Part shown: positions 25,976-33,366 of the stretch, in pieces
Position numbering within the stretch: the first letter of the stretch is position 1
Layout of the letters: every line of letters starts with the position of its first letter
Source of the DNA: Oscillochloridaceae bacterium umkhey_bin13
Lineage (GTDB): Bacteria > Chloroflexota > Chloroflexia > Chloroflexales > Chloroflexaceae
Direction of reading: 5' to 3'
DNA: 41,216 nucleotides
NCBI GenBank assembly: GCA_048381555.1
Contig: JBLWKA010000033.1
Coordinates: 1 to 41,216, forward strand
The notes under the pieces: generated by a model
Databases searched by the model: none
Told to the model about the DNA's origin: nothing
The model's input: the letters and a program-made list of their open reading frames with translations, nothing else
Translations under genes and position numbers: made by a program

Positions 25976-27126
25976 TAATACTTCGCCACCGAAGGATCAA
26001 CCTCATCGCTCCAGCGCAGAATGCCGCCAGTCAGATTGCGCACCTTGCGGAAGCCCGCCTGCTTAAGCAGATCAACTGCCCGCCCACTACGCGCCCCGCT
26101 ACGGCAATAGACGACCATATCCACGGCGCTATCCAGTTCGGCGAGCCGGGCTGGCAACTGGTCAACCGGAATCAGTTTATCGGTGCCGGGAATGCTGGCG
26201 ATTTCGACTTCGTAGGGGTTGCGGACATCAAGCAGATAGGGCCGGTTCGAGCCACGCAATTCGACGGCCAATTCGGCGGGGGTCAATTCAGCCTGGTTAC
26301 TCACGGGTTTCACCTCGGGTAGGATGCCACAAAATTGCTCGTAATCAATCAATTCACGGATCGTCGGCTGATCACCACAGACCGGGCATTCCGGGTTGCG
26401 GCGCAGTTTCAACTCGCGGAAGCGCATGCTCAATGCATCGTACAACATCAAGCGCCCGATCAGCGACTCGCCAATCCCGGCCAGCAGCTTGATCGCTTCG
26501 GTGGCCTGAATCGTGCCGATCACGCCGGGAAGCACACCCAGCACCCCGCCTTCGGCACACGAAGGCACCAATCCAGGCGGGGGCGGTTCGGGGTACAGGC
26601 AGCGGTAGCAGGGGCCGCCATCCTTAGGCGAAAAGACCGTCGCCTGACCCTCGAAGCGAAAGATGCTGCCATAGACGTTCGGTTTGCCCAGGAAGACCGC
26701 CGCGTCATTGGTCAGGTAGCGGGTCGGAAAATTATCGGTGCCGTCCACGATAATATCGTACGGAGCCATCAGATCGAGGGCGTTGCCAGAATTGATCTGG
26801 GTTTCGTAGGTCGTAATCTCAATCAGCGGATTGAGGTCGTGCAAACGCGCTTTGGCCGACTCGATCTTAGGCATGCCGAGGGTCGCGGTGCCATGGACGA
26901 TCTGACGCTGCAAGTTGCTCTCGTCCACCACATCAAAGTCTACCAACCCCAGATGCCCAACCCCCGCCGCAGCCAGGTACAGGGCCAACGGCGAACCAAG
27001 GCCACCGGTGCCGATCAACAGCACACTGCCCTCTTTCAGGCGGCGCTGCCCGGCCATGCCCACCTCAGGCATAATCAGGTGGCGACTGTAACGCCGAATC
27101 TCCTCATTCGAGAGCGTCGTTTCCAT
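25975..27126 (-). CDS. moeZ: MoeZ/MOCS3-type E1-like adenylyltransferase with a C-terminal rhodanese domain (sulfur-carrier-protein activating enzyme)
   Basis: ThiF/MoeB fold (GLGSPLALYLAAAGVG; two CxxC pairs) plus a rhodanese domain with active Cys (VYCRSGARSG). Its ATG overlaps the TGA of the upstream carrier gene. Confidence 0.85.
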   Translation of the reverse strand: METTLSNEEIRRYSRHLIMPEVGMAGQRRLKEGSVLLIGTGGLGSPLALYLAAAGVGHLGLVDFDVVDESNLQRQIVHGTATLGMPKIESAKARLHDLNPLIEITTYETQINSGNALDLMAPYDIIVDGTDNFPTRYLTNDAAVFLGKPNVYGSIFRFEGQATVFSPKDGGPCYRCLYPEPPPPGLVPSCAEGGVLGVLPGVIGTIQATEAIKLLAGIGESLIGRLMLYDALSMRFRELKLRRNPECPVCGDQPTIRELIDYEQFCGILPEVKPVSNQAELTPAELAVELRGSNRPYLLDVRNPYEVEIASIPGTDKLIPVDQLPARLAELDSAVDMVVYCRSGARSGRAVDLLKQAGFRKVRNLTGGILRWSDEVDPSVAKY

Positions 27127-27407
27127 CAGCGGCTCCCACCAGCAATTGCCGGAATGATGCTGACCGTTTCGCCCGCAGGCAACGGCGTGGCCTCGCCCTG
27201 CAGATAACGAATATCTTCATCGCCGACATAGACATTCACAAAACTGCGCAACTTGCCACCCTCGCCAAACAGGTGCTGCCCAAGGGCCGGGTGCTGCTCG
27301 ATCAAGCCACGCAGCGCCGCCCCGACCGTATCCGCTTCGAGTGCGACCGTCGCCTGGCCGTCTGCGTACTGGCGCAGCGCGGTTGGAATCGTAATCGTCA
27401 CCGCCAT
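27126..27407 (-). CDS. cysO: ThiS/MoaD-fold sulfur carrier protein (CysO-like) ending ...AIAGG-SR
   Basis: Size (about 93 aa) and beta-grasp pattern, with a C-terminal GG followed by a 2-residue extension. It is co-located with a JAMM protease, CysM and MoeZ. Confidence 0.75.
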   Translation of the reverse strand: MAVTITIPTALRQYADGQATVALEADTVGAALRGLIEQHPALGQHLFGEGGKLRSFVNVYVGDEDIRYLQGEATPLPAGETVSIIPAIAGGSR

Positions 27408-27420
27408 ACAATGCTTCTCC

Positions 27421-27845
27421 CTTGGATTGATTTGGGTTACCTACAAGGACAACCAGCGCGTAACAAAGGATCCTACCATACCCGCTCAGATTCCTCGCTG
27501 CGCTCCTAAGCAACAAAGCTCCATGGACACATCGAACGGAGCGCAGTGCCATCAGTGTCATTCCAAACGGAGCCGGAGGCGGAGTGAGGAATTTTCGCTG
27601 ATCAGCAGTAAAGACCCCTCGCTGCGCTCCTACGCAACAAACGTCCCTGTCACGCCGAATGCAGTGCCACGCCCAATGTCATTCCGAGCGGAGCGCAGCG
27701 CAGCGAGGAATTTGCACTGATCCGCAGCGAAGATCCCTCACTTCGTTCGGGGTAACAATAGGGTGCAGTGCAATCACCCTGGTTTCGCGCCCCACCACTG
27801 GCCGACGGGCCATAGGATCCTTGGGGTGACAATGCTGCAGAACCT
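27421..27845. repeat. MITE-like repeat block (family-1 hairpins plus one family-2 unit) inserted between mec+ and cysO inside the operon
   Basis: Near-identical to the units at 5190-5735 and 16340-16430. Confidence 0.8.
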
Positions 27846-28346
27846 TCACGACGACTCGGGTAAACGCACCAAAACGGTTTCGGCCACAAACCTGGTCCCA
27901 TTATCAACCAAAATCCACGAGGCTAAACTGGTTGCCTTGCCGGCATAGACGGACTGGATCGCAAAGGCGAAACTCGGGCCACCAATCGCCTGGGCCCCAA
28001 CCCGATCGCGTTCGGAGGGTTCGGCGGGATGGTCGGGATGCGAATGGTAACAACCAATAATTTCAAGGCCCTGGGCCTGGGCGGCGCGATCGGCGCGCAT
28101 GTAGTCACGCGGATCGAGGTAGAAACGATCCCGCCGCGAGGTCGGATCGTCGCCCTCGGCCAGAGCTACCTGGCCTGACCAGCGATTTTCGACCGCAAAA
28201 GCGACGCTGGCAAGCTTAGCAACCCCGTCGAGCCGCCCCAAAAGCAGGCCGACACACTCATCGGGATAGGTCGCCTCGGCGTGCGCGGCAATCGCCGCTG
28301 CCACCTCAGGGCTAAGGGTCAAACTCGGTTCATGTACCATCGTCAT
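27846..28346 (-). CDS. mec: JAMM/MPN+ metalloprotease (Mec+/CysLP-like)
   Basis: JAMM motif E(CVGLL)...HSHPDHPAEPSERD. The ATG for MTMVHEPSL is preferred over the ORF-track TTG, which lies inside the A-rich repeat. Confidence 0.8.
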   Translation of the reverse strand: MTMVHEPSLTLSPEVAAAIAAHAEATYPDECVGLLLGRLDGVAKLASVAFAVENRWSGQVALAEGDDPTSRRDRFYLDPRDYMRADRAAQAQGLEIIGCYHSHPDHPAEPSERDRVGAQAIGGPSFAFAIQSVYAGKATSLASWILVDNGTRFVAETVLVRLPESS

Positions 28347-28394
28347 GCTACCAATTACCATTGATAAGGCAGCCTTGCACAACGCGATCATTGG

Positions 28395-28455
28395 CGTTGG
28401 GCTGCCCTGCGGTACAATCCACAATCCAAAATCGAAAACCCAAAATAGGCTTAGA
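28395..28455. repeat. Copy B of the A-rich dispersed motif, with extended flanks (GCGTTGGGCTGCCCTGCGGTACAATCCACAATCCAAAATCGAAAACCCAAAATAGGCTTAG)
   Basis: 61-nt near-identity to copy C at 29850-29910. It occupies the cysM-mec+ intergenic space. Confidence 0.8.
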
Positions 28456-29380
28456 TCCCCGCTCCGGCGCTATAGGCATCCTCTTCCCAAAAGCGCTCGC
28501 TCAGGTAGCGATTGGCACTATCACACAGAATCGTGACCACGGTGCCGGTAACGAGGCTACGCGCCACCCGGACGGCTGCGGCCACATTGGCAGCGGCCGA
28601 AATCCCCACCAGCAAGCCCGCCCGGCGAGCCAGCGCCCGCGCCATCGCAAAGGCCGCCTCACTCGTCACCGTGATCACCTCATCGGGGGCGGCCGGGTCG
28701 TAGATTGCGGGCACCATCGCGGTCGAGGCCATATGTTTCACGCCTTCGAGCGCATGGTAGGGGCCATCGGGTTGCACGGCAAGCGCTTGCAGGCGCGGGT
28801 TGAGTTCACGCAAGCGGCGACTGATGCCCATAAAGGTGCCGCTGGTGCCCAACGCAGCCACAAAATGGCTCACCTGGCCCTCAGTCTGCCGCCAAATCTC
28901 GGGCGCAGTGGTCTGATAATGGGCCAGCGGATTGGCCGGATTACTATACTGATCAGGATAGAAATAACCTTCCGGCTCACGGGCGACCAGTTCCCGAATC
29001 GTGGTAATCGCCCGATCCATACCCTCGGCAGCCTCAGTCAGGATCAGGTCGGCCCCGAGCGCACGCAAGGTACGAATCCGTTCGGGGCTCGCATTCGCGG
29101 GCAGAGCGAGCGTGACTCCATAGCCTAAGGCGGCCCCGATCGTGGCATAGGCGATCCCGGTATTGCCACTGGTCGCATCAGCGATACGCATGCCGGGGCG
29201 CAACAGGCCGCGCCGTTCGCCATCGCGCACCATGGCCAGGGCCGGGCGATCCTTGACCGAACCACCCAGGTTGTACCACTCGGCTTTGGCATAGAGGGCC
29301 ACGCCGGGCGGCAAGCCACCCACGGCCGCATCGAGGCGCAGCAGCGGTGTATTGCCAATCAGATCAAGCGGTGTCGTCAT
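28451..29380 (-). CDS. cysM: Cysteine synthase family PLP enzyme (CysM/CysK fold), likely the thiocarboxylate-dependent type
   Basis: PLP lysine motif SVKDR and Gly-rich loop (GTSGTFMG); 309 aa. The context is cysO/mec+. Confidence 0.8.
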   Translation of the reverse strand: MTTPLDLIGNTPLLRLDAAVGGLPPGVALYAKAEWYNLGGSVKDRPALAMVRDGERRGLLRPGMRIADATSGNTGIAYATIGAALGYGVTLALPANASPERIRTLRALGADLILTEAAEGMDRAITTIRELVAREPEGYFYPDQYSNPANPLAHYQTTAPEIWRQTEGQVSHFVAALGTSGTFMGISRRLRELNPRLQALAVQPDGPYHALEGVKHMASTAMVPAIYDPAAPDEVITVTSEAAFAMARALARRAGLLVGISAAANVAAAVRVARSLVTGTVVTILCDSANRYLSERFWEEDAYSAGAGI

Positions 29381-29423
29381 AGATCGTTACCACGGTACAG
29401 TCACTTGGGAGGGACGCAGCGTG

Positions 29424-29831
29424 CTACATCACTTTATGCAAAGCCGTCTGGAGCGTATGTAAAGCCAGGGTGGCACAACGCGGGCGGGCCTGGGCGACTT
29501 CACGGCCAACCAGTTCGAGCATCGCGGCATCGTCCATGGTCAGCAGCGACTGGCACGAGGCCCCTTGCGCATATTCGGCCAGCAGGGACGCGGCGGCCTG
29601 GCTAATCGTGCAGCCGCGCCCCTCAAACTGGACCCGCTCAATCCGTTCGCCACGCGGATCAAGTTGTAGATAGATCGTCACCTGATCGCCACACTCGGGA
29701 ATGCCCCCTGCTTGCACCAAGGTCGCATCAGTGAGCGGCCCGTGATGGCGCGGGTGCTCATAATGTTCGAGCAGGCGTTCAATAATAGCTTGGCGATCCA
29801 TGGAGACCAATTGCCGTTGATAATGCCACAT
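29424..29831 (-). CDS. NifU-N/SufU-like Fe-S or sulfur-transfer scaffold protein (second paralog)
   Basis: Three-Cys SufU/IscU pattern (ECGDQ...GRGCTISQAAAS...PRCATLAL). It is paralogous to the sufU in the suf operon. The internal ATG (MDRQAII, about 29801) may be the true start. Confidence 0.7.
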   Translation of the reverse strand: MWHYQRQLVSMDRQAIIERLLEHYEHPRHHGPLTDATLVQAGGIPECGDQVTIYLQLDPRGERIERVQFEGRGCTISQAAASLLAEYAQGASCQSLLTMDDAAMLELVGREVAQARPRCATLALHTLQTALHKVM

Positions 29832-29849
29832 CGCTCAATGAGCTATGTA

Positions 29850-29910
29850 GCGTTGGGCTGCCCTGCGGTGTAATCCAAAATCCAAAAGCTAAAACCCAAA
29901 ATAGGCTTAG
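29850..29910. repeat. Copy C of the A-rich dispersed motif with the same extended flanks as copy B
   Basis: It lies between the rhodanese stop and the SufU-like start. Confidence 0.8.
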
Positions 29911-30755
29911 CCCTTTTCGATTGGCAGGCCGACGCCGTTCCCCCATTCGGTCCAACTACCATCGTAGTTGCGGACGCGGGGATAACCGAGCAGATAGGTC
30001 AGGACGAACCAGGTATGGCTGGAGCGCTCACCGATCCGGCAGTACGAGATCACGTCCTTATCAGGGGTGACACCTAACTCGCCATACAGGGTGCGCAGTT
30101 CGTCAGCCGACTTGAAGGTGCTATCCTCGTTGACCGCCTTGGCCCAGGGCACATTGACCGCCGTAGGAATATGCCCACCACGCAGCGTCCCCTCCTGGGG
30201 ATACTCGGGCATATGGGTGCGCTCGCCACTAAACTCTTGCGGGCTGCGCACATCAACCAGCGCCGTACCCGGCTGCCGAAGATGGGCCAGCACTTCGTCG
30301 CGGAAGGCACGAATACTGTGGTCATCGCGGGGCGGGGCAGTGTAGCGCCCCCGGGGATACGTTGGAACCTCGCGGGTGATTGGGCGACCCTCGGCGATCC
30401 ATTTGGCCCGTCCGCCATTCAGGATGCGCACATCACGGTGGCCAAACAGTTTGAAGACCCACATTGTATAGGTCGCCCACCAGTTGTGCTTGTCGCCATA
30501 CAAGACCACGGTCGTATCGTTCGAGATCCCCTTGCTGGCCATGACCTCAGCGAAACGCTCGGCATCAAGGTAATCACGCAGGATCGGATCGTTCAGGTCG
30601 CCAACCCAATCAATCTTGACCGCACCCGGAAGATGGCCGGTCTCGTACAACAACAGATCTTCGTTGCTCTCCAACAAGCGCACCATCGGGTCACCAAGAT
30701 GGTTGGTGACCCAACCGGTATCAGCCAGCACTTCGGGATGGGCATAACCACTCAT
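29907..30755 (-). CDS. Two-domain rhodanese sulfurtransferase (thiosulfate/3-mercaptopyruvate sulfurtransferase-like)
   Basis: Tandem rhodanese domains. The catalytic loop CRIGERS is in the C-terminal domain. Confidence 0.8.
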   Translation of the reverse strand: MSGYAHPEVLADTGWVTNHLGDPMVRLLESNEDLLLYETGHLPGAVKIDWVGDLNDPILRDYLDAERFAEVMASKGISNDTTVVLYGDKHNWWATYTMWVFKLFGHRDVRILNGGRAKWIAEGRPITREVPTYPRGRYTAPPRDDHSIRAFRDEVLAHLRQPGTALVDVRSPQEFSGERTHMPEYPQEGTLRGGHIPTAVNVPWAKAVNEDSTFKSADELRTLYGELGVTPDKDVISYCRIGERSSHTWFVLTYLLGYPRVRNYDGSWTEWGNGVGLPIEKG

Positions 30756-30786
30756 GAGGGATTCCGTTTCTTATTGAGCGTATGAT

Positions 30787-30835
30787 CGCATCATCATATG
30801 ACCGCATAACCGCATCATCATATGACCGCATGACC
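30787..30835. promoter_or_regulatory. Two tandem direct repeats of about 24 bp (CGCATCATCATATGACCGCAT[A/G]ACC) in the AT-rich region 30-80 bp upstream of the first gene of the rhodanese-to-moeZ operon
   Basis: Read directly. A partial third unit (ACATCATCGCC) follows. Candidate operator. Confidence 0.45.
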
Positions 30836-30934
30836 ACATCATCGCCTGAATTTGCATTGCATGAATCGGATTGGATTCCGCATCGCAAGCATTCACCGGG
30901 CATTGTACTCGCGCCCCTGTGTTAAGTCAAGTTC

Positions 30935-31254
30935 TTAATCGGAATACTCAACAAATAAGGCATCGCCTTCGGCAAAGACCCGATAGGTCGCCACCGGCTC
31001 GAAGGCGGGAAAGGTACGCGGCTTACCAGTGCGCAGATCGAAAATCGAACCGTGCAACGGGCACTCGACACACAGTTCATCGGGATCAAAATCGCCTTCG
31101 CTCAACGAAGCCTCGGCGTGCGAGCAGGTATCGTCAATCGCGTAGAAGGCATCGGCGGTACGGAAGACCGCAATCCGCCGTCCAGCCACGTCGAAGGCCT
31201 GCCCGGTGCCTTCCGTCAGATCGGCCAGGGTGGTGATTTGGGTTGTAGGCATGG
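30935..31254 (-). CDS. Rieske [2Fe-2S] ferredoxin-like protein
   Basis: CSH...CPLHG Rieske motifs. GAAAGGA precedes the ATG at 31254. Confidence 0.7.
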
Positions 31255-31289
31255 AAGAATCCTTTCGATCAAGGGACAAACACGTACTC

Positions 31290-31420
31290 GTGCTTACCCT
31301 TTCCCCCCTCCCCCTCAAGGAGGGAGAGGAGCCGTACCGCAGCAGCATAAGCTTTTTGGCAAACTCCCCCCTCCCTCCCTGGAGGGGGAGGGGGGCCGGG
31401 GGGGTGGGGGGTGAAAAGGG
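31290..31420. repeat. G/C homopolymer-rich block with inverted repeats (CCCCCCTCCCCCTCAAGGAGGGAGAGG ... CCCCCTCCCTCCCTGGAGGGGGAGGGGGGCCGGGGGGGTGGGGGGTG)
   Basis: Read directly. It lies between sufB and the Rieske gene and has G4/i-motif potential. Confidence 0.7.
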
Positions 31421-31536
31421 CTAGCATCTACCGCATAACCAGGAAGAGGGAGCGAACAAGCACCGATCATAAAACACAAGGCAAGCACCAGGGGTTAAAC
31501 TGGCACTTGCCTTGCATAGCCATCAGGTCATACACC

Positions 31537-32952
31537 CTAGCCGACCGAGCCTTCCATTTCGAGTTGGATCAGGCGGTTCAGTTCCACCGCGTACTCCATC
31601 GGCAACTCGCGGGTGAAGGGCTCCATGAAGCCAAGCACGATCATCGAGAGCGCATCGGCCTCGGGCAGGCCACGGCTCATCAGGTAGAAGAGTTGCTCTT
31701 CGCCGATGCGCCCGACGGTCGCCTCGTGGGCCAGGGTGCAGCGATCCTCTTCGATCTCGATGAAGGGAATAGTATCCGAGGCCGAGCGCTCATCGAGGAT
31801 CAGGGCGTCACAGTTGACGTTGATCTTCGAGCCGTAGGCACCGCGGGCCACTTTGGCCAGGCCACGATAGGTGGTCTTGCCACCATCTTTGCTGACCGAC
31901 TTGTTGGTAATCCGGCTGGTGGTTTCGGGCGCGGCATGCACCATCTTGGCCCCGGCGTCCTGGTGCTGACCCTTGCCCGCGTAGGCCACGCTCAGCACTT
32001 CGCCCCGCGCCTTGCGCCCCATCAGGTAGACGGAGGGGTACTTCATGGTCAACTTCGAGCCGATATTGCCGTCCACCCATTCCATGCTGGCCTCTTCCTG
32101 GGCGATAGCGCGCTTGGTCACCAGGTTGAAGATATTGTTGGCCCAGTTCTGGATGGTGGTATAGCGGAACTTGCCACCCTTCTTGACGACCACTTCGACC
32201 ACCGCCGAGTGCAGCGAGTTGGTCGAGTAGATCGGCGCGGTGCAGCCCTCGATATAGTGGGCCTCGGCCCCTTCTTCGATAATGATCAGGGTGCGCTCGA
32301 ACTGGCCCATATTCTCGGCATTGATCCGGAAATAGGCCTGGAGCGGAATGTCTACCTTGACGCCCTTGGGCACATAGACGAACGAACCACCCGACCAGAC
32401 GGCAGTATTGAGGGCCGCATACTTGTTATCGGCGGACGGAATAATCGTGCCGAAATACTCTTTGAAGAACTCGGGATGCTCTTTGAGCGCGGTATCGGTA
32501 TCAAGGAAGATCACGCCGAGCTTCGACCACTCTTCGCGCAGCGAGTGGTAGACCACTTCGGACTCATACTGGGCACCGACGCCCGCCAGAAACTTGCGCT
32601 CGGCCTCGGGAATGCCCAACTTCTCGAAGGTGTCTTTGATCTCCTGGGGCACGGCGTCCCAATCGGTCTGGGGACGCTCGCCAGCCCGCACGAAGTAGTG
32701 AATATCATCGTGGTTCAGGTCGGCCAGTTCCGGATTGGCCCACATGCCGGCCAGCGGCACCGGCTTCTTCATAAAGATCTCGAGCGCCTTGAGCCGCCGC
32801 TTGAGCATCCACTCGGGCTCGTCCTTCATGCCCGACAGTTCACGCACCACCTTTTCGCTCAAGCCCTTGGGAGCCTTGAACAGGTAGTTCTCTTCGTTGC
32901 GGAAGCCGTACTTGGTGTAATCAAACTGTAGATTGGTTGCCTCAGCGACCAT
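31537..32952 (-). CDS. sufB: Fe-S cluster assembly protein SufB
   Basis: Full-length SufB pattern (471 aa; ...[18 protein letters not shown]...). Confidence 0.9.
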   Translation of the reverse strand: MVAEATNLQFDYTKYGFRNEENYLFKAPKGLSEKVVRELSGMKDEPEWMLKRRLKALEIFMKKPVPLAGMWANPELADLNHDDIHYFVRAGERPQTDWDAVPQEIKDTFEKLGIPEAERKFLAGVGAQYESEVVYHSLREEWSKLGVIFLDTDTALKEHPEFFKEYFGTIIPSADNKYAALNTAVWSGGSFVYVPKGVKVDIPLQAYFRINAENMGQFERTLIIIEEGAEAHYIEGCTAPIYSTNSLHSAVVEVVVKKGGKFRYTTIQNWANNIFNLVTKRAIAQEEASMEWVDGNIGSKLTMKYPSVYLMGRKARGEVLSVAYAGKGQHQDAGAKMVHAAPETTSRITNKSVSKDGGKTTYRGLAKVARGAYGSKINVNCDALILDERSASDTIPFIEIEEDRCTLAHEATVGRIGEEQLFYLMSRGLPEADALSMIVLGFMEPFTRELPMEYAVELNRLIQLEMEGSVG

Positions 32953-32964
32953 TGGGATACTCCT

Positions 32965-33366
32965 TTAGAATTCGTCTTCGTCGTCGTGAATCTGGGCGGT
33001 TCCGTATAGACCAACCTTGAGCGCCTTAAGCGAGAGTAGGGCACAGCGCAAGCGGGTGGGATTTTTACTTAGCGGCAGTCCAATCAGTTCAAGTAAATCG
33101 TCCTTGCTGAAGGCTTTGGCTTGCGCCACTGCCATACCCTTGAGTTCATCGGTCAAGAGCGAGGCCGAAGCCTGGCTGATCGCACAGCCGCGCCCCGAGA
33201 AGCGCACATCAGTGATAACTTCGCCCTCGATCAACAGATCGATCCGAACCCGGTCACCACAGAGTGGATTGTGTTCCTCGTGCGAGACCGTCGCCTCCGC
33301 CAGGGTGCCGAAGTTGTGGGGATACTTGGCGTGTTCGAGGATCTGCTGCTGGTAGATATCGTCCAT
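32965..33366 (-). CDS. sufU: SufU (zinc-dependent sulfur transfer/scaffold protein of Gram-positive-type suf operons)
   Basis: Three-Cys SufU pattern (CGDRVRIDL...GRGCAISQASAS...RLRCALL), positioned between sufS and sufB. Confidence 0.85.
   Translation of the reverse strand: MDDIYQQQILEHAKYPHNFGTLAEATVSHEEHNPLCGDRVRIDLLIEGEVITDVRFSGRGCAISQASASLLTDELKGMAVAQAKAFSKDDLLELIGLPLSKNPTRLRCALLSLKALKVGLYGTAQIHDDEDEF

Noticed and set aside
26335-27207. + strand ORFs of 100-500 aa antisense to moeZ, cysM (28361..29128), rhodanese (30171..30785), sufB (31411..32931), sufS (33918..34631), sufD (34877..35965), sufC (36396..37040), sufR (37120..37560) and the surface protein (39434..40983)
   Set aside because: All are antisense shadows of confidently identified minus-strand genes. 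Their translations lack motifs and are dominated by Arg/Gly/Ala/His from GC-rich codons.
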